Shown here: positions 9,355 through 19,265 of the stretch, piece by piece
How positions within the stretch are numbered: the stretch's first letter is position 1
Layout of the letters: the number at the start of each line of letters is the position of its first letter
The notes under the pieces: model-generated
What the model was told of the DNA's origin: nothing
The model's database searches: none
Seen by the model: only the letters and a program-made list of their open reading frames with translations
Made by a program: the position numbers and the translations under genes
Source of the DNA: Dehalococcoidia bacterium
Lineage (GTDB): Bacteria > Chloroflexota > Dehalococcoidia > Bin125
Length of the DNA: 64,000 bases
Direction of reading: 5' to 3'
NCBI GenBank assembly: GCA_965116225.1
Contig: OZ220495.1
Location: 149,405-213,404, forward strand

Positions 9355-9445
9355 CTCGGCCTCTCTTCCCGGTATTCAGTCGCCGCCTCGTCCGTCGGAG
9401 GCATTGTTGCCTATTATCGCACAGCCGAACCGCGATATCGCCGTG

Positions 9446-9454
9446 CCCCCCCCC
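9446..9454 (-). repeat. Second homopolymeric tract (G9) in the conserved 5' promoter-like region of paralogue B
   Basis: Lies between an A/T-rich block (TAAATTTTTTTAC) and a putative extended -10 (TGCGATAAT at about 9408-9416, minus strand). Confidence 0.6.
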
Positions 9455-9527
9455 GTAAAAAAATTTACGCTCTAGTTACAATCGCCTGATTCCCATGCGT
9501 TGCGCGGGAATGAAGAAATTGAGTGGC

Positions 9528-11885
9528 TCACGGAGCATCCCCCGAACCCGATTGCCAGCGGGTGAGGCGAAGGGCGTTGCCCAGCACGGAAAGGGAGCTG
9601 GCGACCATGGCCATGGCGGCGGCGATGGGCTCGAACTGCCCGCGATCGCCGAACAGCCACTGGAACCCGGCCGGGACGCCGCCAGCGGCGTCGAACAGGG
9701 GTACGGCGAGTCCGGCCGCCAGCGGAATCAGTAGGATGTTGTATCCGAAGGCGAAGCCCAGATTCTGTCGGATGATCGCGCGCGCGGCGCGCCCGATCAG
9801 CATGGCCTGGGCGGCGCGCAACGGACTGGAGCGCATCAGCGCGACCTGGGCGGTTTCGACGGCGATGTCCGAACCGCTGCGCATGGCCAGTCCCAGATCG
9901 GCCTGGGCTAGGGCGGGGGCGTCGTTGACGCCGTCGCCGACCATCGCCACGCGCTTGCCGAGCGATTGCAGTCGCGCGACCCGATCCGCCTTGTCCGTCG
10001 GCAGTACCTGCGCCGACACGTCGTCGATGCCGACCTGACCAGCGACGGATCGGGTTACGGCTTCGGCGTCGCCGCTGATCAGGATCGAGTCGACGCCGCG
10101 CCGACCGAGCAACTCGACCGCGTCGGCAGCGCCGACGCGCAGCTGATCCTCCAGTCGGATGACGCCGAGCAGTTCCGCGTCCCGGGCGACGTAGACCGGC
10201 GTGGCCGGAGTGCGCGCGCCATCGGGCGGGTCATCCGGCAGGCTGACGCCCAAATCGGCCATCAGTCCGGCGCTGCCGACCGAGACCCGACGTCCGTCGA
10301 TCATCCCGCTGGCGCCGCGCCCCGGGTAGGAGATGAATTGGGATACGGCATGTTGCGACACGGCGGGCGGCGCATCGCGGGAAGGTAGGTCGCGGGATTC
10401 CGCATAGGCGACAATCGCTTCGGCCAGCGGGTGCTCGGACTGGCGCTCGACGGCCGCCGCCACGGACAACCATGCGAGATCGTCCTCGAGATACGATTCG
10501 ACGGCAACGACCTCGTGCCGACCGCTGGTGAGGGTGCCGGTCTTGTCCCAGATCACGGTGTCGATGCGCCCCGCCGCCTCGATCGCCTCGGCGTCGCGGA
10601 AGAGGATACCGAGCCCGGCGGCGCGGCCGGCGGCGGCGGCGATCGCGGCCGGGGTTGCCAGACCCAACGCGCAGGGACAGGCGACGACCAGCACGGCGAC
10701 GGCGCTGAGCAACGCGGCGCTCCAGCCCCTCTCGCCGCCGAACAGGCCCCAGGCCAGGCACGTCGTCGCGGCGATCAGGATGACCAGCGGAACGAAGACG
10801 GCGGCGAGACGGTCGGCGAGCCGCTGCGCCGGGGCCTTGGATGCTTGCGCGCGCTCGACGGTCGCCGTAATCCGGGCGAGTGCCGTCTCGGCGCCCACCT
10901 GCGCGGCGCGATAGCCGAAGGCGCCGTCGAGGTTGATCGCGCCGGCGAACACGCTGTCGCCGCGCCCCTTGGCGACCGGCGCGCTCTCGCCCGTGAGGAT
11001 CGACTCATCGACCGCGCTGTCGCCCTCGACAATCTGTCCGTCGACCGGGATGCGTTCGCCCGGTCGGACGCGAACGAGATCTCCGACGACAACCCGATCG
11101 GCGGGCAGATCCCGTTCCACGCCGTCGCGGACGACGCGGGCGGTCTGCGGCGCGAGCTGCAACAGCCGGGTCAGCGCCGAGGCGGCTTTAAGACGCACCC
11201 GCGCCTCTAGCGCGCGTCCGAGACTGACGAATCCGACGATGATCAGGGCCGTGTCAAAGAACACGTCGCGATCGGCCAGGGCTGAGTCGAATCCGCCCAG
11301 CGCGCCTAGCGCATTGTGCCCCAGCGCGATCGTGGCGCTGTAGCCCCAGGCGGCGAGAACCCCGAGCGCGATCAGCGTGTCCATGTCCGTGCTGCGACGC
11401 GAGGCGGCGAGCGCGGCGCGACGCAGATTGGGCCAGGCGCACCAGGCGAGAATCGGGGTTGCGACGGCGAAGAGGATCGGGTGCAGGAGGTCGGGGTTCC
11501 AGCCGAGGTCGGCCCAGCGATTGGCCTGCATGGCGGCGAAAATGCCCCAACCGGCCAACAAGGCCGGCCCCGCGCGGTTGAACAGGGCGCGGCTAAGCGA
11601 GAGCGGCGGCGACTCGCGCGCCGCCGACCGGTCGGGTTCGGCTTCGAGCAGTTCGTAGCCGGCGCCGCTAATCGCCGCGCCGATTGCGGGACGCTCGAGC
11701 GCGCCGTCGATCTCGATCACGGCGCGTCCGGCGAGGAAGTCGGCAGACGCCTCGACCACGCCGTCCAGCTTGAGCAGCGCCCGCTCGACGCGTCGCACGC
11801 AGGCGGCGCAGTGCATCCCGTCGATGCGCAGCGTCTGCCTGCTCGACGCGCCCGGATCGGTCGCGGTAGTCATCGCTTGCAGCAT
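9528..11885 (-). CDS. copA: Copper-translocating P1B-type ATPase
   Basis: N-terminal HMA domain (GMHCAACVRRVERAL), CPC motif (VVACPCALGLATP), DKTGTLT, GDGVNDAPAL. Confidence 0.9.
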   Translation of the reverse strand: MLQAMTTATDPGASSRQTLRIDGMHCAACVRRVERALLKLDGVVEASADFLAGRAVIEIDGALERPAIGAAISGAGYELLEAEPDRSAARESPPLSLSRALFNRAGPALLAGWGIFAAMQANRWADLGWNPDLLHPILFAVATPILAWCAWPNLRRAALAASRRSTDMDTLIALGVLAAWGYSATIALGHNALGALGGFDSALADRDVFFDTALIIVGFVSLGRALEARVRLKAASALTRLLQLAPQTARVVRDGVERDLPADRVVVGDLVRVRPGERIPVDGQIVEGDSAVDESILTGESAPVAKGRGDSVFAGAINLDGAFGYRAAQVGAETALARITATVERAQASKAPAQRLADRLAAVFVPLVILIAATTCLAWGLFGGERGWSAALLSAVAVLVVACPCALGLATPAAIAAAAGRAAGLGILFRDAEAIEAAGRIDTVIWDKTGTLTSGRHEVVAVESYLEDDLAWLSVAAAVERQSEHPLAEAIVAYAESRDLPSRDAPPAVSQHAVSQFISYPGRGASGMIDGRRVSVGSAGLMADLGVSLPDDPPDGARTPATPVYVARDAELLGVIRLEDQLRVGAADAVELLGRRGVDSILISGDAEAVTRSVAGQVGIDDVSAQVLPTDKADRVARLQSLGKRVAMVGDGVNDAPALAQADLGLAMRSGSDIAVETAQVALMRSSPLRAAQAMLIGRAARAIIRQNLGFAFGYNILLIPLAAGLAVPLFDAAGGVPAGFQWLFGDRGQFEPIAAAMAMVASSLSVLGNALRLTRWQSGSGDAP

Positions 11886-12096
11886 ATGCGGGCGTGCAGG
11901 CGATCGGCCGGCGCAACCGTCCTTTGGCGAACAATGCCGGACTCGAGTTCACTTCCATACGGAGCGGAAGCGGACTGATGTTGGTGGGCGGCGCGGCGTT
12001 CCGCTGAGGCGACGGTAAATCGCCCGTAAATCACGTTGAACGGGAGGGCGGTAGATAACGTTTGCGGCGCCTGCGGCGTGCAATGGTGGGCATCAG

Positions 12097-14961
12097 ATGA
12101 TCGACCCAGGAAAGGGGCGAACGATGCCTGGAATACCCAGTGGACGCCTAGTAATGCCGGCGGGAATCCGGATCAGGTTGGCATGCGCGGCGACGCTAGT
12201 CGCGCTAGTCGGCGGGATAGTCGTCGCGGCGCAGCCGGCATCGGCTGCGCCGCCCGCGCCGTATTGGACGAGCGCCAAGGCGACCATCGCGACGATCACG
12301 CTCAACTGGGGCATCAGCGACCCCTCCGGCGTGACCAAGTTTCAGTACCAGCAGAAGGAGGGTGGCGGCAGCTTCGGCGCCTGGACCGACGTCCCCAATT
12401 CCGGCAACGGCACCAGGAGCTTCAAGAAGACCGGCCTGACCCCGGGCACGAGTTACACCTTCAAGCTTCGCGCCGTCGCCGGAGCCACCCCCGGCGCAGC
12501 ATCGGGTACTTGGTCGAAAACGACGGAATACGTACCGTCCCCGGCCTTCTTGTCGAACCAGTTCGTCAGCACCAGCGCCTCGATCACGCTCAAGTGGAAG
12601 TCGGACAGCAGCAACGAGATCACCAAATGGGAGCTTCGCTACAAGCTGAACAGCGCCGGCTCGTTCGGGAATTGGGCGAACGTCGGCGGCGCGGCCACCC
12701 GGACGCACACGGTGAGCGGACTGACGGCCGACACAGAGTATGACTTCGAGCTGCGCGCTGTCGTTGGCAGCACGCCAGGCAGCGCGCAGGCATATACGGC
12801 GTCTACCACTGCCGCAGGGGGAACCCCAACCCCGACTCCAACCCCGCGGGTCACGACGGCCCCGCCGGCGCCGGCCTGGTCGGCCTTACAGGCCACCATC
12901 GCGACGATCACGCTCAACTGGAGTATCAGCGACCCCTCCGGCGTGACCAAGTACCAGTACCAGCAAAAGGCGAGCGGCGGCAGCTGGAGCGCCTGGACCG
13001 ACATCCCCGATTCCAACGCCGGTACCACGAGCTTCACCAGAACCGGCTTGACCCCTGGCACGAGCTACCAATTCAAGCTTCGCGCCGTCGCCGGCGCCAC
13101 CCCCGGCGCAGCATCGAATGCCCGGTCGAGTTCGACCGACTACGTACCGTCCCCGGCCTTCTTGCATGACCAGTTCGTCAGAACCCAGACGTCGATCACG
13201 CTCAAATGGAGCGCGGCGAGCAGCAACGAGATCACCAGGTGGGAAGTTCGCTACAAGCTGAGCAGCGCCGGCTCGTTCGGGAAGTGGGCGAACGTCGGCG
13301 GCGCGACCACTCGGACGCACACGGTGACAGACCTGTCACCCAACACAGAGTATGACTTCGAGCTGCGCGCTCTCGTTGGCAGCGCCTCCAGCGCCGTACG
13401 ACAATACACGACGTCTACAACTGCCGCAGGGCGGACTCCAACACCGACCCCAATACCAACCCCGACCCCAACACCGACCCCAGCGCCGCGGGTCACGGTC
13501 ACGGCCCCGCCAGCGCCGCATTTGGGGAACTTCCAGGCCACCATCGCGACGATCACGCTCAACTGGAGCATCAGCGACAGCGCCGGCGTGACCAAGTACC
13601 AGTATCAGCAAAAAGCGGGCGGCGGCAGCTGGAGCGCCTGGACCGACATCCCCGATTCCAACGCCGGTACCTCGAGCTTCACCAGGACCGGCCTGACCCC
13701 TGGTACGTCTTACCGCTTCAAGCTTCGCGCCGTTGCCGGAGCCACCCCCGGCACAGCATCGATGGAACGGTCGATATCGACGGAACACGTGCCCTCCGGG
13801 GCTTGGTTGTATGACGAATTCGTCAGGACCGGCGCCTCGATCACGCTCAAGTGGAAGTCGGACAGCAGCAACGAGATCGCCAAATGGGAGCTTCGCTACA
13901 AGCTCAGCAGCGCCGGCTCCTACGGGAAGTGGACGAACGTCGGCGACGCGACCACTCGGACGCACACGGTGAGCGGCCTGACGGCCGACACACAGTATGA
14001 CTTCGAGCTGCGCGCTCTCGTTGGCAGCACCCCAGGCCGCGTACAGAGATACACGACGTCTACCACTGCCGCCGCACAGCAGAGTCCGACGAACACGCTC
14101 AAGGTCGTGCGCGACTCCGACCCCAGCGTGATCATGGGCTCGGGGCAGGTCGAATCCGTCTCCGTCGCCGAAGGGGACAGCGAAAACACATCGCTTTCGT
14201 TCCGTCTCACGCTCGACCAGACCCCTTCGCACGACGTCAGAGTCCAGGCGACGGTCTGGGCGCCTCGCGACGCGAACGTTCGAGGACGTTCCGGCGCCGG
14301 GCGCGAGCGCGACTTCCATTATCTACAACGCCATATCACGTTCGCGGCCGGCGCCACTGGACAGGCGTTGAGCAAGCTGCTGACCGTCGAGATCATCGGC
14401 GATACCCGCGATGAAGATGATGAGACGTTCGAGGTTCGGGTCAACAACCTGCACAGCGGCGATGCCCGGGTGCGGCTGCACGGCGGCGGCAAGCGGATCG
14501 CCTTCAACGTCGTGATCAGCGATGACGACGAACCGAACGCCGAACAGGTCTCGGCGACGCCGATCATCGTCAGCGTGACCGACCAGGCCGCCGCGGAAGG
14601 GGATGCGGGCGTGAGCTTCATGGAATTCCCCGTGACGCTCAGCGGTTCGCCGTCTCACGATGTCCGGCTGCAGGTCACGGCCTGGGCCAAGGGGAAAGAC
14701 ACTGTGCGAGGAAGCCGCAAGGGCCCGGGTCGCGACTTCGGCTATCTGCGGCGTCACATCACGTTCGAGGCCGGCGCCAGCGGGGCGGCGCTGACCCAGA
14801 CGATCCGGGTTCGCATCTTCGGCGATCAGGTTGCGGAACCCGACGAGACGTTCGAGGTTCGGGTCAACAACCTGCTGACGCAGGACAAGCGAGTGCAGAT
14901 GGGCGTGGACGGCCGGACCAGGGTGACAGCGACCGGCACGATTCGCAACGACGACGAGTAG
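12097..14961 (+). CDS. Secreted protein with three tandem FN3 pairs followed by two Calx-beta-like domains
   Basis: Signal-like N-terminus (ATLVALVGGIVVAAQPASAAPPAP; likely start at 12124 or 12154). Three ~210-aa repeat units (WTS/ATIATITLNW...YQQK...TGLTPGTSY.FKLRAV). C-terminal units with Calx-beta signatures (DETFEVRVNNL, ISDDDEPNAE). Confidence 0.75.
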   Translation: MIDPGKGRTMPGIPSGRLVMPAGIRIRLACAATLVALVGGIVVAAQPASAAPPAPYWTSAKATIATITLNWGISDPSGVTKFQYQQKEGGGSFGAWTDVPNSGNGTRSFKKTGLTPGTSYTFKLRAVAGATPGAASGTWSKTTEYVPSPAFLSNQFVSTSASITLKWKSDSSNEITKWELRYKLNSAGSFGNWANVGGAATRTHTVSGLTADTEYDFELRAVVGSTPGSAQAYTASTTAAGGTPTPTPTPRVTTAPPAPAWSALQATIATITLNWSISDPSGVTKYQYQQKASGGSWSAWTDIPDSNAGTTSFTRTGLTPGTSYQFKLRAVAGATPGAASNARSSSTDYVPSPAFLHDQFVRTQTSITLKWSAASSNEITRWEVRYKLSSAGSFGKWANVGGATTRTHTVTDLSPNTEYDFELRALVGSASSAVRQYTTSTTAAGRTPTPTPIPTPTPTPTPAPRVTVTAPPAPHLGNFQATIATITLNWSISDSAGVTKYQYQQKAGGGSWSAWTDIPDSNAGTSSFTRTGLTPGTSYRFKLRAVAGATPGTASMERSISTEHVPSGAWLYDEFVRTGASITLKWKSDSSNEIAKWELRYKLSSAGSYGKWTNVGDATTRTHTVSGLTADTQYDFELRALVGSTPGRVQRYTTSTTAAAQQSPTNTLKVVRDSDPSVIMGSGQVESVSVAEGDSENTSLSFRLTLDQTPSHDVRVQATVWAPRDANVRGRSGAGRERDFHYLQRHITFAAGATGQALSKLLTVEIIGDTRDEDDETFEVRVNNLHSGDARVRLHGGGKRIAFNVVISDDDEPNAEQVSATPIIVSVTDQAAAEGDAGVSFMEFPVTLSGSPSHDVRLQVTAWAKGKDTVRGSRKGPGRDFGYLRRHITFEAGASGAALTQTIRVRIFGDQVAEPDETFEVRVNNLLTQDKRVQMGVDGRTRVTATGTIRNDDE
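12210..14100. repeat. Three tandem ~630-bp DNA repeats (FN3-pair units), roughly 85-90% identical
   Basis: Identity assessed by eye; near-identical stretches such as gccaccatcgcgacgatcacgctcaactgg recur at 12290, 12895 and 13535. Confidence 0.8.
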
Positions 14962-14991
14962 CGAGCCGTCCGCGCTCGATCGGCTCCGCGC

Positions 14992-15030
14992 CAGGGGGCG
15001 GGGGTTGGCTACGGCCCGCCCCCGCTCTCG
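14992..15030 (+). terminator. GC-rich hairpin after the FN3/Calx gene
   Basis: agggggcggg...cccgcccccg inverted repeat 30 nt after the stop. No T-tail. Confidence 0.35.
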
Positions 15031-15233
15031 GCATGCGGCTCCGTCCTGATCGGCGACGCCCGCGCCGCGGGCGTAATGATGTAGAGCGGTAGAGCGCCTG
15101 CCCGCGGCGCAGGCAGGCGACCGCTTCCCGCGACCTGATCGATCCACGCATCCCCGGCATCAGGGTCGCCGTCGCGGTCCGTCGCGCAATCGTTTGCCGC
15201 ATCTGTCGGAGCGCAGGCGATCGGCCTGCGGAT

Positions 15234-15266
15234 AGCCTGGAACTAGCCTGAGACTAGGCTGAGATC
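15234..15266 (+). promoter_or_regulatory. Three tandem 11-bp direct repeats (TAGSCTGRRAY) abutting the start codon of the ATP-grasp gene
   Basis: tagcctggaac / tagcctgagac / taggctgagat, then ATG 15267. Confidence 0.4.
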
Positions 15267-16490
15267 ATGTCGCGCGTGATGCTGCTGATCCCGACCGCCT
15301 CGTACCGAGCGCCCGACTTTATGTCAGCGGCCGACAAGCTGGGGCTTGACGTTGTCGTCGCCTCGGATGTGGATCAGCCGTTGGCGGATATGTATCCCGG
15401 TCGCTGGCTGACGCTGCCCTATCACGACATCGAGCGCGGCGCGCGGGCGGTCGCGCGTTACGCGGATCGATTTCCGCTCGACGCGGTCGTGGCAGTCGAC
15501 GATCCAGGCACGCTGCTGGCCGCGCACGCCAGCGCCGAGCTGCGGCTGTCGGGCAATGCGCCCGAGGCGGTAATCGGCACGCGCGACAAATCGGCGCTGC
15601 GTCGGGCGCTGGACGCGTATGGCGTGCGCTCCCCCTGGTGGCGCGTGTTCCAGTTCGGCGCGTCGCCGCCGCTCGACTCGTTCGCGTTCCCGGTCGTCGT
15701 CAAACCGCTAGGGCTGAACGGATCTCGGGGAGTCATGCGCGCCAACGACCCCGCCTCGCTGGCGCGGGCGATTGCGCGGCTGGGCAAGCTGCTGCGCACG
15801 CGCGCCGCGGCCGAGGAGTGCGGCGAACTGGCCGATCGCTTCCTGATCGAGCAGTACATCCCCGGTCTCGAGGTCGCCGTGGAAGGCCTGTTGCGAGACG
15901 GTGAGCTGCACACGCTGGCCATCTTCGACAAGCCAGACCCGCTGGAGGGCCCGTTCTTCGAGGAGACGATCTACGTCACGCCGTCGCGGTTGACCGAAGC
16001 GCAGATTGCGGAGGTCGTGGAGACGACGCGCCAGTCGGCGCGGGCGCTGGGGCTGCGCGACGGCCCGCTGCACGCCGAGTTGCGCCTGAACGAAGCGGGC
16101 GCTTGGCCCGTGGACGTCGCGGCGCGCACGATCGGCGGGCTCTGCGCTCGCACGTTGCGCTTCGGCGCGGGAATGTCGCTTGAGGAAATCGTCCTGCGGC
16201 ACGCCGTCAACGCGCCGTTGGAAACGCTGAACCGCGAGACGCGGGCGGCGGGCGTGATGATGATGCCGATCGTCGGTCGGGGTCGGATTACGGCCATCCA
16301 CGGCCTGGACGCCGCGGCGACAGTGCCTCTGATCGAGGCAATCGAGATGGAGGCGCGGATCGGCGACCGGCTGCTGCCGCTGCCCGAGGGCGCTAACTAT
16401 CCGGGCTTCATCTTCGCCCGCGGCGAGCATCCAGAGGAGGTGGAGTCGGCGCTGCGCGAGGCCTGGTCGAAGATCGAGTTCGCCTTCTGA
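15267..16490 (+). CDS. ATP-grasp domain protein (carboxylate-amine ligase family)
   Basis: ATP-grasp fold motifs (VVKPLGLNGSRGV, EQYIPGLEVAVEGLLRDGELH). Confidence 0.7.
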   Translation: MSRVMLLIPTASYRAPDFMSAADKLGLDVVVASDVDQPLADMYPGRWLTLPYHDIERGARAVARYADRFPLDAVVAVDDPGTLLAAHASAELRLSGNAPEAVIGTRDKSALRRALDAYGVRSPWWRVFQFGASPPLDSFAFPVVVKPLGLNGSRGVMRANDPASLARAIARLGKLLRTRAAAEECGELADRFLIEQYIPGLEVAVEGLLRDGELHTLAIFDKPDPLEGPFFEETIYVTPSRLTEAQIAEVVETTRQSARALGLRDGPLHAELRLNEAGAWPVDVAARTIGGLCARTLRFGAGMSLEEIVLRHAVNAPLETLNRETRAAGVMMMPIVGRGRITAIHGLDAAATVPLIEAIEMEARIGDRLLPLPEGANYPGFIFARGEHPEEVESALREAWSKIEFAF

Positions 16491-16551
16491 GGCTGACTGA
16501 GGCTGAGGTCACGATCCCGCGCCGCCGGACGGTTCGGTGCCGCGCGGCAGA

Positions 16552-17931
16552 TCAAGGCTCAGATTGCCTGGCGCCCCGCTGCGGTGCCGGGCGTGGCAGC
16601 AGCGGATTGATGGCGCGGGCGATGGCCGCGCCGGGCGGTCGGGCGAAGTAGATCGGCAGGATGGCGGCGTAAGTCAGGATCGCGACCAGCGTCAGCGGAA
16701 CCTCGTAGGAGCCGGTGATGTCGTCCAGCAGCCCGATCAGCCACGGTCCCAGTCCGCTGGAGAGGTTGGTGGCCATGGCGACCAGGCCGTAGATCGCGCC
16801 GAAGCTGACGTAGCCGAACACATCGGAGGTAAGCAGCGACATCAGCATGTAGATGTTGCCAATCGTGAAGCCGAAGGCGAGCACGGCGAGATAGGTCAAC
16901 GCGACGTTCTCGAACTGGATCACGATTAGTGCCGCCGTGCCCTGGACCAGGAACATGATCACGGTCAGCACGCGCAGATCGACGCGGTCCGCGAAGAAGC
17001 GGCCCACGATCAGGCGGGCGACGATGCTGCCGAAGGCCAGCATCGAGAGTGCGGTCGTAGCGGCGGTGAGCGAGCCGAGTCGCGCTTCGAGCAACGCCGT
17101 TTGATGCAAAATGAAGCCGGTCTGCGCCAGCAGCACGATGGTGAAGCTGGCGATGATCGCCCAGAACGACGCCGTGCGCGCCGCCCGACCCTTCGTCCAG
17201 ACCCGGGTCTGATTGGCCGTCGAGCGCGCGAAGTTCGACGAGGCGCGCGGCAGCGGTCGCAGACCGTCCTGGGGCAGTCCCATCTGGCCGGGATCCCAGA
17301 CGAGCGCGAACAGCACGATCGGCAGTCCGATCAGCAGGATCAGCCCGGCCATGACGGGCGTGGCCAGACTAAGGCCGAAGCGTTCGATCAGGAAGCCGTT
17401 GAGCGGGGAGAGCACGACGCCGCCGAGCGAGACGCCAGTGGAAGCCATGGCCATGGCCCAGGCGCGACGCTGCACGAACCAGCGCGTCAGCGTCGCGTTG
17501 ACCGCGACGCCGGCGCTCATGCCGGCTCCGATCGCGAGCGTGCTGTAGGCCAGGTAGAGTTGCCACAGCTCGCGGACCTGTCCAACCGCGCAGGCGGCGA
17601 CGACGACCAGCGCCAGGCCGGGCAGCATCCAGCGCTTCGCACCCTGTCGATCGATCCTCGGCCCTACCCAGGCCGCGGAGACGCCAGTGAAGACGAAGTA
17701 CATGCCGGTCGCCAGCGAGACGTCGGCGTTGCTCCAGCCGTGTAGCTCGCGCAGCGGGCTCAGATAGATGGCCAGCCCGTAGTAGCCGACGCCGACGGAG
17801 ACGAACATCAGGGCGCCACAGGCGAAGACGATCGCCCAGCCGTAGTAGAAGCGGGCCGGCAACAGCCGCGCGGCGAGCGGTCGTTGCGGCGCCAGCTGCA
17901 TTTCGTCGCGGGTCGATGGCGGACTGGGCAT
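16552..17931 (-). CDS. MFS transporter
   Basis: 12-TM-like hydrophobic profile. Start at ATG 17931 (MPSPP...) or 17901 (MQLAPQ...). Confidence 0.8.
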   Translation of the reverse strand: MPSPPSTRDEMQLAPQRPLAARLLPARFYYGWAIVFACGALMFVSVGVGYYGLAIYLSPLRELHGWSNADVSLATGMYFVFTGVSAAWVGPRIDRQGAKRWMLPGLALVVVAACAVGQVRELWQLYLAYSTLAIGAGMSAGVAVNATLTRWFVQRRAWAMAMASTGVSLGGVVLSPLNGFLIERFGLSLATPVMAGLILLIGLPIVLFALVWDPGQMGLPQDGLRPLPRASSNFARSTANQTRVWTKGRAARTASFWAIIASFTIVLLAQTGFILHQTALLEARLGSLTAATTALSMLAFGSIVARLIVGRFFADRVDLRVLTVIMFLVQGTAALIVIQFENVALTYLAVLAFGFTIGNIYMLMSLLTSDVFGYVSFGAIYGLVAMATNLSSGLGPWLIGLLDDITGSYEVPLTLVAILTYAAILPIYFARPPGAAIARAINPLLPRPAPQRGARQSEP

Positions 17932-18118
17932 GGCGAAGCTGGGTGGGGCGGGTCGACGGGTCGGATGAACGAGTCGGGCCGGCCGCCCGAGCCGATTCAG
18001 GATACGACCGAGGCGAGGCGGCTCGGCGCCGCCCGACCGACTAGACTGCCCGCGGTGCCAGCATGGGCGGCGCGCAGCGCGATCTCGGCGATCCGCGCAA
18101 TCCACGAAAGGCGGGCGC

Positions 18119-19246
18119 ATGTCCGAGCGACGCACGGGATGGATCTATCACGAGTCCTACATGTGGCACGACACGGGCAGAACGCAGGCGTTCGACCCCG
18201 AGTTGCGACGATGGATGCAGGCCTGGGAGCATTGGGAGAATCCCGATACCAAGCGGCGGCTGAACAATCTGCTGGAAGTATCGGAGTTCTCGGAGCAGCT
18301 GACGCGGCTCAAGCCGCGCCCGGCGCATGCGGAGCAGCTGCTGCGCTTTCATACGCCGGACTACGTCGATCGCATCCGGGCGCTGTCGGCGGTCGACGGC
18401 GGCGACGCCGGCGAGGGCGCCCCGTTCGCGCACGGCGGCTACGAGATCGCGCTGCTCTCGGCGGGAGGGACGATCACGGCGGTCGACGCGGTGCTCGACG
18501 GCGCGGTCGACAACGCCTATGCGTTGACCCGTCCGCCCGGTCACCACGCCGAACGCGACCGCGGTCGCGGCTTCTGCATCTTCGGCAATGTCGCCATCGC
18601 CGCCATGCATGCGCTGGCGGAGCGCGGCATCGACCGGGTGGCGACGCTGGACTGGGATGTCCATCACGGCAACGGCACGCAGCAGGCATTTTACGAGCGA
18701 CGCGACGCGCTGACGATGTCGATCCACCAGGACCAATGGTATCCGCGCGATAGCGGCGGAATGGACGAGCGGGGCGCAGGCGAGGGCGAGGGCTACAACA
18801 TCAATATTCCGCTGCCGCCCGGCAGCGGGCACGGCGCATATGTCGAGACCGTGCGCCAGGTCGTGGTTCCGGCGCTCCAGGCGTTTCGGCCCGACCTGAT
18901 CCTGCTGCCGTCGGGCTTCGACGGCAGCATGTACGATCCGCTGGGTCGGATGATGGCCTATTCCGAGACCTTCCGCGAGATGACCCGCCTGCTGATGGAA
19001 GCGGCAGACGAACTCTGCGACGGTCGGCTCGTGCTCAGTCACGAAGGCGGCTACAGTCCCACCTACGTGCCGTTCTGCGGACTTGCCGTGGTCGAGGAGC
19101 TGAGCGGGAAGCGCTCGATTGCCGGCGATCCGTTCGAGGACAACTCGGCGACGGCGGGCGGTCAGGAGCTGCAACCGCACCAGCAGGCGGTCTTGGACGA
19201 GGCGAAGCCGCTCGTGGATCGCCTGATACAGCTTGAGGGCGTATAG
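18119..19246 (+). CDS. Histone deacetylase-family amidohydrolase (acetoin utilisation / acetylpolyamine amidohydrolase-like)
   Basis: HDAC-superfamily motifs (RPPGHHAERDRGRGFCIFGNVAIA, DWDVHHGNGTQQAFYERRDALTMSIH). Confidence 0.8.
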   Translation: MSERRTGWIYHESYMWHDTGRTQAFDPELRRWMQAWEHWENPDTKRRLNNLLEVSEFSEQLTRLKPRPAHAEQLLRFHTPDYVDRIRALSAVDGGDAGEGAPFAHGGYEIALLSAGGTITAVDAVLDGAVDNAYALTRPPGHHAERDRGRGFCIFGNVAIAAMHALAERGIDRVATLDWDVHHGNGTQQAFYERRDALTMSIHQDQWYPRDSGGMDERGAGEGEGYNINIPLPPGSGHGAYVETVRQVVVPALQAFRPDLILLPSGFDGSMYDPLGRMMAYSETFREMTRLLMEAADELCDGRLVLSHEGGYSPTYVPFCGLAVVEELSGKRSIAGDPFEDNSATAGGQELQPHQQAVLDEAKPLVDRLIQLEGV

Positions 19247-19265
19247 GGACGTCGCGTCGCGCGGC

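Noticed and set aside
9405-9528. Possible small gene or tRNA between copA and paralogue B
   Set aside because: No tRNA-like structure (no T-loop GTTCRA). The sequence is accounted for by the conserved paralogue promoter region and the recurrent palindromic motif.
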